Origin: an uncultured Clostridium sp.
GTDB lineage: Bacteria > Bacillota > Clostridia > Oscillospirales > Acutalibacteraceae
DNA: 44,670 bases
Assembly: GCA_964523465.1 (NCBI GenBank)
Contig: CAZFZW010000001.1
Span: forward strand, 1 to 44,670
Direction of reading: 5' to 3'
Under the pieces are notes generated by a model. The model ran no database searches. It had not been told where the DNA came from and saw only the letters and a program-made list of their open reading frames with translations. A program made the position numbers and the translations under genes. Shown in pieces: positions 8,711 to 18,699 of the stretch (positions are counted from its first letter, which is position 1; each line of letters begins with the position of its first letter).

Positions 8711-10048
8711 TTACTGCCTTGGACCTGTGAATCCGTTTGCCTGCTGGAATTTATCTATCTTGTCAATGACGGAGAGGACAACGTCAAATCCGTCGCCGAC
8801 GGTCTCAACGCTGAAACGCTCGGGTACATCACGCCAGGTGTGGTAGTAATATGTAAGAGTGGGATCCTGAGCCGCAAAGGTTACGGACTTCATTCCGGCT
8901 TTTGTCATCGGAGTGCTGTCGCAGCCGCCGACGGGGTTGTGTATGCAACCGTTTGTCTTGCTCTGAATACCAAGCTCATCAAATGTGTCTTTGAACATAC
9001 CTTCAAGGTCTTTATCAAAGCGGCAGAACTGCCAGTCGTCCTGAATAACGACCTCGAAAAAGTCCTTGTCGGCAACCGAGTCGATGTTGATATTCCATGC
9101 ATTCTGAAGAATTTCTTCGCCCTTGTGAGCACGGGTGAAAGCGGTTGAGCCTCTGAGACCTGCCTCCTCCGAGCCGCAGTTGAAGTCGATAAGACGGCAG
9201 TTTTTGGGCATCTTGTCGGGATTCTCTTTGAAATATTTAATCACTTCGTAGCTGATAGCACAACCGGATGCGTTGTCCATAGCACCACGGCAGGCGTTTC
9301 TCGGGTTGGGATCAGCCCACATTATGAGGAATGCGTTGCCAATAGCGGTGACAATCGGTAAAAAGCGCATAGCGAACATAAAGTTGACGAATGCGGGGGA
9401 ATACATGGCCTCCTTTGCCCAATCGGCACCGAAGTAGTAGCCGGTGTAGATAGTTGAGACCGCAATGGAAGTACCTGCAAGGAAGAAGAAGCACAGCGCA
9501 CCGAATCCGACTTTTGCGAATGTTGCGACAAGGCCGAGAGTGGGGTTGGTTTTCATAAACTTTGAAGAGTGCTCCGAGTGTCTCCAGTTCCAGCTTGTGT
9601 CTGTGTGACCCGAGAGGATGATTGTGTAGTCATACTTGCCGTCCTCGGGCAGCAGCTCGCCGTAGGTGTTCTGCGAAATTTCCTGCTTGAAGAACATATC
9701 GAACCATGTCTTGTAGAGGAAAACGCTGCAAACGAGCCAGACTGTGCACACTATCGAGGTGAGAGCCATGCCGTACCAGATCGCCGGTATGCTCATTGCA
9801 AAGTAGACAAGACCGCTCATCACAAGTCCCACCCAACCTGCATAGGGGATTCCACCTATCGAAGCCTTGGGGGATACCGCAAACTCTTCACGGACAGGCT
9901 CGATGCCTATCTCTCTGAGCTTGTCGCCCATGTATGCGGCAAAGTTTTTCTCGCCGTCCGAACCGGGCAGTCTTGAACCGATGTTATTTGCTGCGTGCTT
10001 GATAATGTCGTACACCTCTTCGGCGTACTTTCGGTGTTCTTCTTTCAT
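8711..10048 (-). CDS. M28 family metallopeptidase with inserted transmembrane helices (paralog)
   Basis: HTD, GAMDNASG, SEEAGLRGS, CDS, YHTWRD motifs; about 4 TM segments. Confidence 0.9.
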   Translation of the reverse strand: MKEEHRKYAEEVYDIIKHAANNIGSRLPGSDGEKNFAAYMGDKLREIGIEPVREEFAVSPKASIGGIPYAGWVGLVMSGLVYFAMSIPAIWYGMALTSIVCTVWLVCSVFLYKTWFDMFFKQEISQNTYGELLPEDGKYDYTIILSGHTDTSWNWRHSEHSSKFMKTNPTLGLVATFAKVGFGALCFFFLAGTSIAVSTIYTGYYFGADWAKEAMYSPAFVNFMFAMRFLPIVTAIGNAFLIMWADPNPRNACRGAMDNASGCAISYEVIKYFKENPDKMPKNCRLIDFNCGSEEAGLRGSTAFTRAHKGEEILQNAWNINIDSVADKDFFEVVIQDDWQFCRFDKDLEGMFKDTFDELGIQSKTNGCIHNPVGGCDSTPMTKAGMKSVTFAAQDPTLTYYYHTWRDVPERFSVETVGDGFDVVLSVIDKIDKFQQANGFTGPRQ

Positions 10049-10237
10049 TAAAGCGACACTCCTTATGAAAATGTATCGAATTTATATGAAATTATACTAT
10101 ATTAGCCCTTTAAATTGCAATAGTATTGGTCAAGAATATAAATTTTTTCTAAATTTTTTTGATAAATATAATTTTTTCGGTGAGTTGGGGCAAGCTGAAA
10201 AAGAAATATTTAATGAAAGTAAGGGTGAAGAACCGCA

Positions 10238-10435
10238 ATGAAAAACAATAAACACGACGAAAACCGTCACCTGACTCCAAGCACCGACCCCGTTATGACA
10301 GAGCCGGTTGATTCTTTTGATATGGTGAATAAATACGGCACATATAATATTCAGCCGACCTCGCAGACGGAAAATCCGTTCCCGAAAATCGCACAGGGCC
10401 TGCCTGCAAAGAAAAACCGCAAAAAAGACAAGTGA
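10238..10435 (+). CDS. Small hypothetical protein (65 aa)
   Basis: Stand-alone ORF followed by a terminator; protein-like core YGTYNIQPT...FPKIAQGLP. Confidence 0.75.
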   Translation: MKNNKHDENRHLTPSTDPVMTEPVDSFDMVNKYGTYNIQPTSQTENPFPKIAQGLPAKKNRKKDK

Positions 10436-10460
10436 GCTGACGCCAAAGCGTCGGCTTTTT
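10435..10460 (+). terminator. Terminator
   Basis: AGCTGACGC/GCGTCGGCT plus T tract. Confidence 0.7.
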
Positions 10461-10540
10461 CATTTATTGTTGATTTTTACTGTGTAAAATGTTAATATAT
10501 GTTCGTTAAGTCATTGAGCTTCTTTGGGGAGTGATGCGGA

Positions 10541-11392
10541 TTGGAAAGGCTGAAAAGAGTTGCCGCAATAAATGATATATCGGGTTTTGGGAAATGCTCG
10601 CTGACGGTTGCGTTGCCCGTTATTTCAGCAATGGGAATCGAGGTTGCAGCATTGCCGACCGCCGTGCTTTCAACTCATACGGGCGGATTCCCCGATTTCA
10701 CTTACCGTGACCTGACAGCCGATATGCGCCCGATAGCTGAGCACTGGAAGAGCCTGCGGCTTAATTTCGATGCGATATACAGCGGCTTTCTCGGCTCTGT
10801 CGAGCAGATAGACATCGTGTCGGATTTTATCGATGATTTTAAGAGTGAGGATACCGTTGTGCTCGTTGACCCTGCCATGGCGGACGGCGGCAGGATGTAT
10901 GCGACATTCGATAAGGCGTTTGCAGGTCACATGAAACGCCTGTGCCAAAAGGCCGATATTATCGTGCCCAACTTCACCGAGGCGGCGTTTATGCTCGACG
11001 AGGAGTACATAGAGGCACCGTATGAAAAATCGTATGTCGAAGATACTCTCAAACGCCTCTGCGATTTGGGCGTGCCGAATGTCGTTTTAACCGGCGTATC
11101 GTTTGACGAAATGCAGGTGGGTTCGGCGGCTTATGATGGCAAAACCGGCGAGATAAGTTATGCCCTTGCCGACACGGTGGACGGTTTTTTCCACGGCACG
11201 GGCGATGTTTTCGCAAGTGCATTGCTCGGTGCATATATGAACGGACAGAGCCTTTCGAGAAGTGCGGAAATTGCCGTTGAATACACCCACGGCTGTATCG
11301 TTCGTACAAAGCAGGCAGGCACAGACCTTCGCTACGGCGTTGATTTTGAGCATGGGATACCCGAGCTGCTGCGGCAGACGGGAATAATATAA
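10541..11392 (+). CDS. pdxK: Pyridoxal/pyridoxamine kinase
   Basis: DISGFGKCSL, LSTHTG, VDPAMAD, PNFTEA, HGTGDVFAS. Confidence 0.95.
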   Translation: MERLKRVAAINDISGFGKCSLTVALPVISAMGIEVAALPTAVLSTHTGGFPDFTYRDLTADMRPIAEHWKSLRLNFDAIYSGFLGSVEQIDIVSDFIDDFKSEDTVVLVDPAMADGGRMYATFDKAFAGHMKRLCQKADIIVPNFTEAAFMLDEEYIEAPYEKSYVEDTLKRLCDLGVPNVVLTGVSFDEMQVGSAAYDGKTGEISYALADTVDGFFHGTGDVFASALLGAYMNGQSLSRSAEIAVEYTHGCIVRTKQAGTDLRYGVDFEHGIPELLRQTGII

Positions 11393-11405
11393 AAGGAGCG
11401 GGAAT

Positions 11406-12236
11406 ATGAGCTACGCAGATGAAATATTTATCAAAAACTGCAAGGATATACTTGAAAACGGAGTTTGGGATACCGATTACGATGTGCGTCCCCACTGGGA
11501 GGATGGCACAAAGGCACACACAATAAAGAAGTTCGGCGTTGTCAACAGATATGACCTGTCAAAGGAATTTCCCGCAATGACACTGAGAAAGACTTTTATC
11601 AAAAGTGCCGTTGACGAGTTGTTGTGGATATGGCAGAAGAAGTCTAACAATGTCAACGATTTGAACAGCCATGTCTGGGATTCGTGGGCAGATGAGAGCG
11701 GCAGTATCGGCAAGGCATACGGCTATCAGCTCGGTGTCAAACACCACTATCCCGAGGGCGAATTCGACCAGGTTGACAGAGTGCTCTATGACCTGAAAAA
11801 CAACCCCCTGAGCCGCCGCATAATGACTAATATCTATGTCCACGCAGATCTCAGCGAGATGAACCTCTATCCCTGCGCTTACAGTATGACATTCAATGTT
11901 TCGGGCAATAAGCTCAACGCCATACTCAATCAGCGTTCGCAGGATATGCTCACCGCAAACAGTTGGAACATCTGCCAGTATGCCGCACTTGTGCATATGA
12001 TAGCACAGGTTTCGGGTTTTGAGCCGGGCGAGCTTGTACATGTGATTGCCGATGCACATATTTATGACAGACATGTGCCGATAGTCGAGGAGCTTATCAA
12101 AAAAGAGCCGTTTGAAGCACCGAAGTTTGTTCTTGATAAATCGATAACCGATTTTTATGACTTTACGCCTGACAGTGTCCATTTCGAGGATTATAAGTTC
12201 CACGAGTTCAAGGAAAAAATACCCGTTGCGATTTAA
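11406..12236 (+). CDS. thyA: Thymidylate synthase
   Basis: SRR, LYPC (catalytic Cys), QRSQD, DAHIYDRH. Confidence 0.98.
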   Translation: MSYADEIFIKNCKDILENGVWDTDYDVRPHWEDGTKAHTIKKFGVVNRYDLSKEFPAMTLRKTFIKSAVDELLWIWQKKSNNVNDLNSHVWDSWADESGSIGKAYGYQLGVKHHYPEGEFDQVDRVLYDLKNNPLSRRIMTNIYVHADLSEMNLYPCAYSMTFNVSGNKLNAILNQRSQDMLTANSWNICQYAALVHMIAQVSGFEPGELVHVIADAHIYDRHVPIVEELIKKEPFEAPKFVLDKSITDFYDFTPDSVHFEDYKFHEFKEKIPVAI

Positions 12237-12245
12237 GGAGAGAAT

Positions 12246-12725
12246 ATGAAAGCTATAGTTTGTGCGGATAAGTGCTGGGGAATCGGCAAGGGCAACGGTA
12301 TGCTCTTCCATGTTCCGGCGGATCTCAAATTTTTCAAAGCAAAGACCATGGGCAGTACAATAGTTATGGGTCGTGCGACTTTTCTCTCGCTCCCCGGACA
12401 GAAGGCTCTGCCGGGTCGCAAAAATGTCGTGCTCGCAGACGATGATTTTTCTGCGGAGAACATCACCGTGGTTCACAGTATCGATGAGCTGATGCGTGAG
12501 ATAGCCGATGACGAAAGTGTTTTTCTCACCGGCGGTGCGGCCGTGTATGCACAGCTGATAGACTTCTGCGATGAGGCGTATGTGACGAGAGTCGATGCCG
12601 ACGGCGAGGCGGAAAAGTTCTTCCCGAACCTTGATGAGCGTGCAGGATGGAAACTTGCCGAACGCTCTGAACCGCAGGAGAGCAACGGATATACATTTAC
12701 ATTTGATACATATGTAAAAGAATAA
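12246..12725 (+). CDS. folA: Dihydrofolate reductase
   Basis: GIG, PADLKFFK, MGRAT, LPGRKN, GGA motifs; directly after thyA. Confidence 0.97.
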   Translation: MKAIVCADKCWGIGKGNGMLFHVPADLKFFKAKTMGSTIVMGRATFLSLPGQKALPGRKNVVLADDDFSAENITVVHSIDELMREIADDESVFLTGGAAVYAQLIDFCDEAYVTRVDADGEAEKFFPNLDERAGWKLAERSEPQESNGYTFTFDTYVKE

Positions 12726-12732
12726 CGGGAAA

Positions 12733-12765
12733 AGAGCTGTTCCGAAAAAGCGGAACAGCTTTTTT
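12733..12765 (+). terminator. Terminator after folA
   Basis: AGCTGTTCCG/CGGAACAGCT plus T tract. Confidence 0.85.
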
Positions 12766-12823
12766 GTGCAACTTTTCGCCCTTTACACATATAATGTACG
12801 GAAAACATTGTGGAGGTGCGAAT

Positions 12824-13252
12824 TTGAATAACGGTAGAAACAACAACTGCTCATCCTGCAACAATACGGAACAGCTCAGCGTGATGAATCTCGACTGTAT
12901 GGCAAACGAGAACAACTGTTTTCGCAAAGCGGTGTGGACGGGCGAAAATCTGCAAGTTACGTTGATGAGTATCCCTGTCGGCGGTGACATCGGTGCAGAG
13001 CTTCACGAGGACACGGATCAGCTAATCTGTATAACACAGGGCTGTGCGACGGTGAGCACGGGCAGCTGCCAATGCGAAATGCGCTCGGTTTCGAGAGCGG
13101 ATAGCGGCAGTGCAATAATCGTGCCGGCAGGCACATGGCATAATGTGACGAATAATTCCAATGTGCCGCTGAAGCTCTTCTCGGTATATGCGCCGCCCCA
13201 CCATGCGGCAAACACGGTTCAAAACAACAAGCCGTGTGACTGTGAAAGATAA
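12824..13252 (+). CDS. Cupin domain protein, YrkC-like
   Basis: FRKAVWTG..LQVTLMSIPVGGDIGAELH..TDQ and VPAGTWHNV..PLKLFSVYAPPHH; TTG start after GGAGG. Confidence 0.88.
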   Translation: MNNGRNNNCSSCNNTEQLSVMNLDCMANENNCFRKAVWTGENLQVTLMSIPVGGDIGAELHEDTDQLICITQGCATVSTGSCQCEMRSVSRADSGSAIIVPAGTWHNVTNNSNVPLKLFSVYAPPHHAANTVQNNKPCDCER

Positions 13253-13260
13253 ATAGAAAA

Positions 13261-13293
13261 ATCCGCAGTAGAGCCGCTCGCCCTACTGCGGAT
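13261..13293. terminator. Bidirectional terminator (cupin/pepT)
   Basis: ATCCGCAGTAG/CTACTGCGGAT. Confidence 0.8.
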
Positions 13294-13296
13294 GCT

Positions 13297-14469
13297 TTAT
13301 TGTTGAGCTGAAACTATGTTTATGAGTACCTCGACCATCTTCGGCAGTGCATCAACGGGAATAGCTTCGTATATGCTGTGGAAGTTCATGCCGCCTGTTG
13401 AGAGGTTCGGGCAGGGGAGACCTTCGAATGAGAGCCGTGCGCCGTCTGTTCCGCCTCTTATCGGCACGATGTTCGGCTCGACTCCGGCCTTGAGCATGGC
13501 GATCTTCGCACGCTCGACTATCTCGGGGTGCTTTGAGATTATCTCGATCATATTGTAGTAGCTGTCCTTTATGCTGACTTCTACAGTGCCCTCGCCGTAT
13601 TTCGAGTTCATGAAATCGACAAGCTGTGATATGAACTCCTTGCGGCGTTCAAAGAGCGTTCTGCTGTGGTCTCTTATGAGCATATGTGCTTTTGCCTGCG
13701 TTTCGTTGCCGCAGATGTCCGCAACATGATAGAATCCCTCACGCCCCTCGGTGTGCGATGGGGTCTCGTTGGCAGGGAGCATACCGATAAATTCGGCAAG
13801 ATAGAGTGCGGCGTTCTTCATCTTGTTTTTGGCAGAGCCGGGATGAGTGTTTACGCCGTGAATTGTTATGTCCACAGCGGCGGCATTGAAATTCTCACAC
13901 TCAAGGCTTCCCACCTCGTCGCCGTCAACCGTGTAGGCAAAATCCGCACCGAAGCGTGCGTAATCAAAGTGGTCTGCACCGCAGCCTATTTCCTCGTCGG
14001 GGGTGAAACATATGCACACCTCGCCGTGGCGAATATCGCCTTTGTTCAGCTCGTCACACGCACCGACTATTTCGGCAACGCCTGCCTTGTCATCCGCACC
14101 GAGCAGGGTGGTGCGGTCGGAAACGATGAGCTGACTGCCGATGTATTTGTCGCTTATCATGGGCGCATTTGTGCCGTCAAATGTGATTATCTGCGGCTTA
14201 ACATTCGCACCGCTGACATCGGGCGAAGTGTCCATGTGGGCGATAAGTCCTATCTTCGGCAGGTTTTCGCATCCGTCGGATGCGGGAATGTGCCCGTATA
14301 CATAACCGAGCGAATCACGCATGGCATCCGCCACGCCGACCGATTTCAATTCCTCAACGAGGTAGTCGGCAAGAATAAGCTCCTTCTCGCTCGACGGCAC
14401 AGTACCGCTCTCCTCATCCGAGGTGGTCTCAAAAGTGACATATTTCAAGAATCTTTCAATAACATTCAT
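13297..14469 (-). CDS. pepT: Peptidase T (tripeptide aminopeptidase)
   Basis: ERFLKYV, AHMDTS, LLGADDKAG, PDEEIG, IRGGTDG, NFHS. Confidence 0.97.
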   Translation of the reverse strand: MNVIERFLKYVTFETTSDEESGTVPSSEKELILADYLVEELKSVGVADAMRDSLGYVYGHIPASDGCENLPKIGLIAHMDTSPDVSGANVKPQIITFDGTNAPMISDKYIGSQLIVSDRTTLLGADDKAGVAEIVGACDELNKGDIRHGEVCICFTPDEEIGCGADHFDYARFGADFAYTVDGDEVGSLECENFNAAAVDITIHGVNTHPGSAKNKMKNAALYLAEFIGMLPANETPSHTEGREGFYHVADICGNETQAKAHMLIRDHSRTLFERRKEFISQLVDFMNSKYGEGTVEVSIKDSYYNMIEIISKHPEIVERAKIAMLKAGVEPNIVPIRGGTDGARLSFEGLPCPNLSTGGMNFHSIYEAIPVDALPKMVEVLINIVSAQQ

Positions 14470-14760
14470 CAAATCATCTCCTGTCGTAAATGATACCACA
14501 AAAGGGCAGCTTTGGCAACGGGGGTAGCGTATGCCATGTCAAAAAGCTTATTTTTGATTTAATTGCACACATTCATTCCTCTTTGCAAGCTGCTCTCCAC
14601 CTGTTTTGCCTTTTCAAAAACTTATTTTTCCTGCGTTTCAATCTCCCGAAAAATTTATTGATTCTCGTCAAAGTACTTGAAGTGCAAGCGGTGTTGCGGT
14701 ATACTGTACTTGCTATATAAAGTTCCGCAGTGCGGAAAATATTTTATTGGAGAGAAGTAT

Positions 14761-17700
14761 ATGCTGGATATTAAACAGACAGACAGAATGCTTTTGAAGC
14801 TCAAGCGCTTCGAAGACATTATCGAGCCGATGTTCTGGGATAAAGTCGGCGAGACAGGCCCCGTCAGCGCATTTGCAACGCTTGACCGCCATCACAGCAT
14901 TCCCGATGACAGCCTCTTTGCACCCGTTGAAAAGGGTTATAAGTGGGGCGAGGAGTTCGGTTATTGCTGGTTCAAGACAGATTTTGTTGTTCCCGAGGAG
15001 CTTGACGGTCAGGATCTTTATATCCGTCCGCACATTTCAGGCTATGAGGGACTCCTTTGGGTTGACGGTGTGCCCTACGGTAACTTCAGCACGAAGATTG
15101 TTTTTACCTGCCACGGCAACCATTACTGCGACCTGCTCAAGAAGAATGCAAAGGCAGGCGAGAGGATAGCTATTGATATAGAGTATTATGCCGGCCATTC
15201 TTACAAGGGATGCGACCCGACAGATGACAATCCTCTTCTTGACTATGATTTCTCCTTTGACGGAATCGACATTTGCACAAAGAACCACGCTGTTCAGGAT
15301 TTCTATTTTGACCTGCGCACTTTAAATCAGCTTGTCGAGCAGCTCCCCGAGACTTCTTTCAGAAGGGGTCAGGTTATAAACGAGCTTACCAATGCTTTCA
15401 GAGAGATTTATCAGTCTCCCGAGGATGTTGACCGTGAGGAGTTTCTTGCGGGACTTGAGAGAGCAAAGCCTTATCTTAAAAAAGCACTCGATTCCAAGAA
15501 CGGTGACGGTGCTCCCAAGGCTGTCGTTATCGGTCACTCGCATATGGATACCGCATGGCTTTGGCACGTTGGTGAGACAGTCAAAAAGTGTGCGAGGACT
15601 TACGCTAATCAGATAGCACTTATGGATGAGTATCCCGAGTATAAGTTCATCCAGAGCTCGTCGTGCCACAGCGACTTTATGCGCCGCAAATATCCCGAAC
15701 TGTTTGAAAGAATTCAGGAGAAAGTCAAAGAGGGCAGATATGAGCCCAACGGTGGTGTGTGGGTCGAGTGCGACTGCAACATAACTTCCGGTGAGTCTAT
15801 GGTCAGACAGTTCCTGTGGGGTCAGAGATTCACAAGAAAGTATTTCAACTACACTTCAAATTGCTTCTGGCTGCCCGATACATTCGGTTACAGTGCGGCA
15901 ATTCCCCAGATAATGAAGGGCTGTGCGGTCGATTATTTCCTGACCACCAAGCTCGACTGGAATGATACCAACAAGTTCCCCCACGATACATTCTATTGGG
16001 AGGGAATCGACGGCACAAAGGTGTTCACTCACTTCAACCGCAGTCACCTGTGGCCCGATGTTCAGGACACAGTCACCTGCGTCGAGGGTACGGAGAAGAG
16101 AAAGGATGCCTGCCTGAGAGATAAGAGAGTTACCGACACGAGAGTGCTCGCTTACGGTTACGGTGACGGCGGCGGCGGACCGCAGTTTGAGATGATAGAG
16201 TCTGCAAGGAGACTCAAGGACCTCAACGGCGCACCCAAGGTCGAGCATAAGCTTGTCGGCGAGGCAATGAAAGAGATGGAGGCAAATGCCGTCAGCCCCG
16301 ATACATATACGGGCGAGCTGTATCTTGAGATACATCGCGGTACTCTCACCAATCAGCACACAATCAAGCGCAACAACCGTAAGGCAGAGTTCGCACTCAG
16401 AGACCTTGAAATATTCACCGTCAATGAGGCTGTCAAGGCGAATAAGCCTGCTGACAGTGCGGATATAGCACCGCTTTACGAAAAACTGCTTGTCAACCAG
16501 TTCCACGATATTCTTCCCGGCACCTGCATCCCCCGTGCACACGAGGAATCCCGTGCAATGACCACCGCACTTATCGTGCGTGCCCACGACCTTGTCAGAG
16601 ATATGACAAAGGACAGCACTGCCGACTGCGTGACAGTGACAAATACCCTTTCATTTGACCGCTCAGATGTCGTGGTTCTTGACTACAACGGCAAAATAGT
16701 TGACGGTGACTATGTACAGCAGGTCTATACCGATGTTGAGGGCAACCGCAAGCTTATGGTACTCGGACTTACCGTGCCCGCACTTTCGAGCGTTACTCTG
16801 AAGCTCGTTGACGGCACTCCTGATGGTGACAGCCCGTTTGCTCTTGACGGAAACAGACTTGAGACTCCGTTCGCATCTGTCAAATTCGCCGACAACGGCA
16901 CTATCTCGTCCTTTGTTGACAAGCGCTGCGGCAGAGAAGTCTGCGGTGATGGCTATTCGCTCAACACCTTCCTTATGGCGGAGGACTTCCCGGCAACATG
17001 GGATAACTGGGATATAGATGCCGACATCGAGATGAAGTATAAGGATGCATCGAAGCTTCTCAGCCGTGAAGTTATATCGAACGGCCCCGCAGCTCTTGTT
17101 ATCCGTAGCAAGTATGCTATCAGCGATAAATCCACCATTGACCAGGATATGATATTCTTTGCAAATTCCGCAGAGGTTCGCTTTGACACTGTGATGAATT
17201 GGCAGGATAACCACCGTTTCCTCAAGACTGCGTTCGATACAAATATCAAGCAGGATTTTGCACGCTTTGATATTCAGTTCGGCAACGCTATTCGCCCGAC
17301 CACACGCAATGACAGCGTTGAAAAGGCAAAGTTTGAGGTGCTCAACCACAAGTATACCGACCTTTCCGAGACCCGTTTCGGCGTTGCAATACTCAACGAC
17401 TGCAAGTACGGCATAAGCGTTGAGGGCGGCAAGATGCGTCTCTCGCTCCATAAGGGCGGCGTGCGTCCCGACTTCAAGGGCGACAGAGGCGAGCATCACT
17501 GCGTCTACTCGTTCCTGCCCCATGACAGCGGCTTTAATGCAGAGGCTGTTATTCGCCCGTCTTATGAGCTGAACATCCCCGTGGCTGTTTCCAACGGTAA
17601 ATATGAGACAGAGCAGCTTGTCAAGGTCGATGCCGATAATATTATCGTCGAGACCATCAAGCCCTGCGAGGACACCGAGCGTGCATACATCGTTCGTATG

Positions 17701-17871
17701 TATGAGGCCGAGGGCTCACGCACTAACGCCGAGGTTTCGTTCTTCAGCGGCGCAAAGAGCGTGAAGATTACCAATATGCTTGAGGAGGAGCTGAGCAATG
17801 TCGATGAGTTTGCTCCGGCAAAGCTCACATTCAGACCTTTCGAGATAAAGACGATCAAGGTTACTTATTGA
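14761..17871 (+). CDS. Alpha-mannosidase, glycoside hydrolase family 38
   Basis: HSHMDTAWLW, WLPDTFG (nucleophile), GDGGGG, NQFHDILPG, FRPFEIKT; start at ATG 14761 after GGAG. Confidence 0.97.
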   Translation: MLDIKQTDRMLLKLKRFEDIIEPMFWDKVGETGPVSAFATLDRHHSIPDDSLFAPVEKGYKWGEEFGYCWFKTDFVVPEELDGQDLYIRPHISGYEGLLWVDGVPYGNFSTKIVFTCHGNHYCDLLKKNAKAGERIAIDIEYYAGHSYKGCDPTDDNPLLDYDFSFDGIDICTKNHAVQDFYFDLRTLNQLVEQLPETSFRRGQVINELTNAFREIYQSPEDVDREEFLAGLERAKPYLKKALDSKNGDGAPKAVVIGHSHMDTAWLWHVGETVKKCARTYANQIALMDEYPEYKFIQSSSCHSDFMRRKYPELFERIQEKVKEGRYEPNGGVWVECDCNITSGESMVRQFLWGQRFTRKYFNYTSNCFWLPDTFGYSAAIPQIMKGCAVDYFLTTKLDWNDTNKFPHDTFYWEGIDGTKVFTHFNRSHLWPDVQDTVTCVEGTEKRKDACLRDKRVTDTRVLAYGYGDGGGGPQFEMIESARRLKDLNGAPKVEHKLVGEAMKEMEANAVSPDTYTGELYLEIHRGTLTNQHTIKRNNRKAEFALRDLEIFTVNEAVKANKPADSADIAPLYEKLLVNQFHDILPGTCIPRAHEESRAMTTALIVRAHDLVRDMTKDSTADCVTVTNTLSFDRSDVVVLDYNGKIVDGDYVQQVYTDVEGNRKLMVLGLTVPALSSVTLKLVDGTPDGDSPFALDGNRLETPFASVKFADNGTISSFVDKRCGREVCGDGYSLNTFLMAEDFPATWDNWDIDADIEMKYKDASKLLSREVISNGPAALVIRSKYAISDKSTIDQDMIFFANSAEVRFDTVMNWQDNHRFLKTAFDTNIKQDFARFDIQFGNAIRPTTRNDSVEKAKFEVLNHKYTDLSETRFGVAILNDCKYGISVEGGKMRLSLHKGGVRPDFKGDRGEHHCVYSFLPHDSGFNAEAVIRPSYELNIPVAVSNGKYETEQLVKVDADNIIVETIKPCEDTERAYIVRMYEAEGSRTNAEVSFFSGAKSVKITNMLEEELSNVDEFAPAKLTFRPFEIKTIKVTY

Positions 17872-17884
17872 CGGGAGAGCCAAA

Positions 17885-18631
17885 ATGACGGTTGAAAAGA
17901 TTTCGCTCAACTCAAATTCGAATGTCACGCTGACTGCGTATCTACTCGACACTTCGTCCGAAATGCCGAATATGTTTTATCGCCCGGCAGTCCTTGTGCT
18001 GCCCGGCGGCGGATACCGTATGTGCTCGGACAGGGAGGCGGAACCGATAGCCATGGCGTTTGCCACGCACGGCTATAATACTTTCATTTTGCGATATACA
18101 GTCGGAGAGGGCAAGGCTTTCAAAATGCCGCTTGCCGATGCACAGGAGGCTCTCTCGCTTATCTACAGCAGGGCAGAGCAGTGGCATATAATCAAAGAAA
18201 AGGTTGCGGTTATCGGCTTTTCAGCCGGTGCCCACCTTGCGGCCTCGCTCTCGACTATGGGCAGCGTCAGACCGTCTGCGTGTATTCTCGGATATCCGTG
18301 TATACTCTCGGAGATAAGCGAAATTCTGGCGTTCCCCGTGCCGTCTGTTGATGAGTTCGTGGACAGCAAAACGCCCCCGACATTTATTTTCGGCAGTGCA
18401 AAAGATAAGACTGTGCCGATAATAAACTCCGTCAAGTATGCCGAGGCTCTTGCAAAAAATAATGTGCCGTTTGAGCTTCATATTTTTGCCGACGGTTGGC
18501 ACGGCTGTTCGCTGTGTACTCCGAGCGTGTGTGACAATCCGCAGTCGGTCAAGGATAATGCCCGCTCGTCACAGTGGGTGAAACTCTGTACCGATTGGCT
18601 TTCGGACACATTTTCACTCGGCGAGTGCTGA
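17885..18631 (+). CDS. Alpha/beta hydrolase (acetyl esterase/BD-FAE-like)
   Basis: PGGGY, GFSAG, D..V and HG triad motifs. Confidence 0.92.
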   Translation: MTVEKISLNSNSNVTLTAYLLDTSSEMPNMFYRPAVLVLPGGGYRMCSDREAEPIAMAFATHGYNTFILRYTVGEGKAFKMPLADAQEALSLIYSRAEQWHIIKEKVAVIGFSAGAHLAASLSTMGSVRPSACILGYPCILSEISEILAFPVPSVDEFVDSKTPPTFIFGSAKDKTVPIINSVKYAEALAKNNVPFELHIFADGWHGCSLCTPSVCDNPQSVKDNARSSQWVKLCTDWLSDTFSLGEC

Positions 18632-18646
18632 AATCAAAATTAAATG

Positions 18647-18688
18647 AAAACGCACCTCAAAGAACTGTTCTTTGAGGTGCGTCGTTTT
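18647..18688. terminator. Bidirectional terminator
   Basis: 16-bp perfect inverted repeat ACGCACCTCAAAGAAC between convergent genes. Confidence 0.85.
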
Positions 18689-18699
18689 ATGCGTTGTGT

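Noticed and set aside
7805-9176. 27-nt identical sequence at 7805-7831 and 9150-9176
   Set aside because: Encodes the conserved GSEEAGLRG motif of the two paralogs; explained by protein constraint and codon bias, although gene conversion cannot be excluded
11559-12476. 305-aa antisense ORF
   Set aside because: Shadow of thyA/folA, no recognisable motifs
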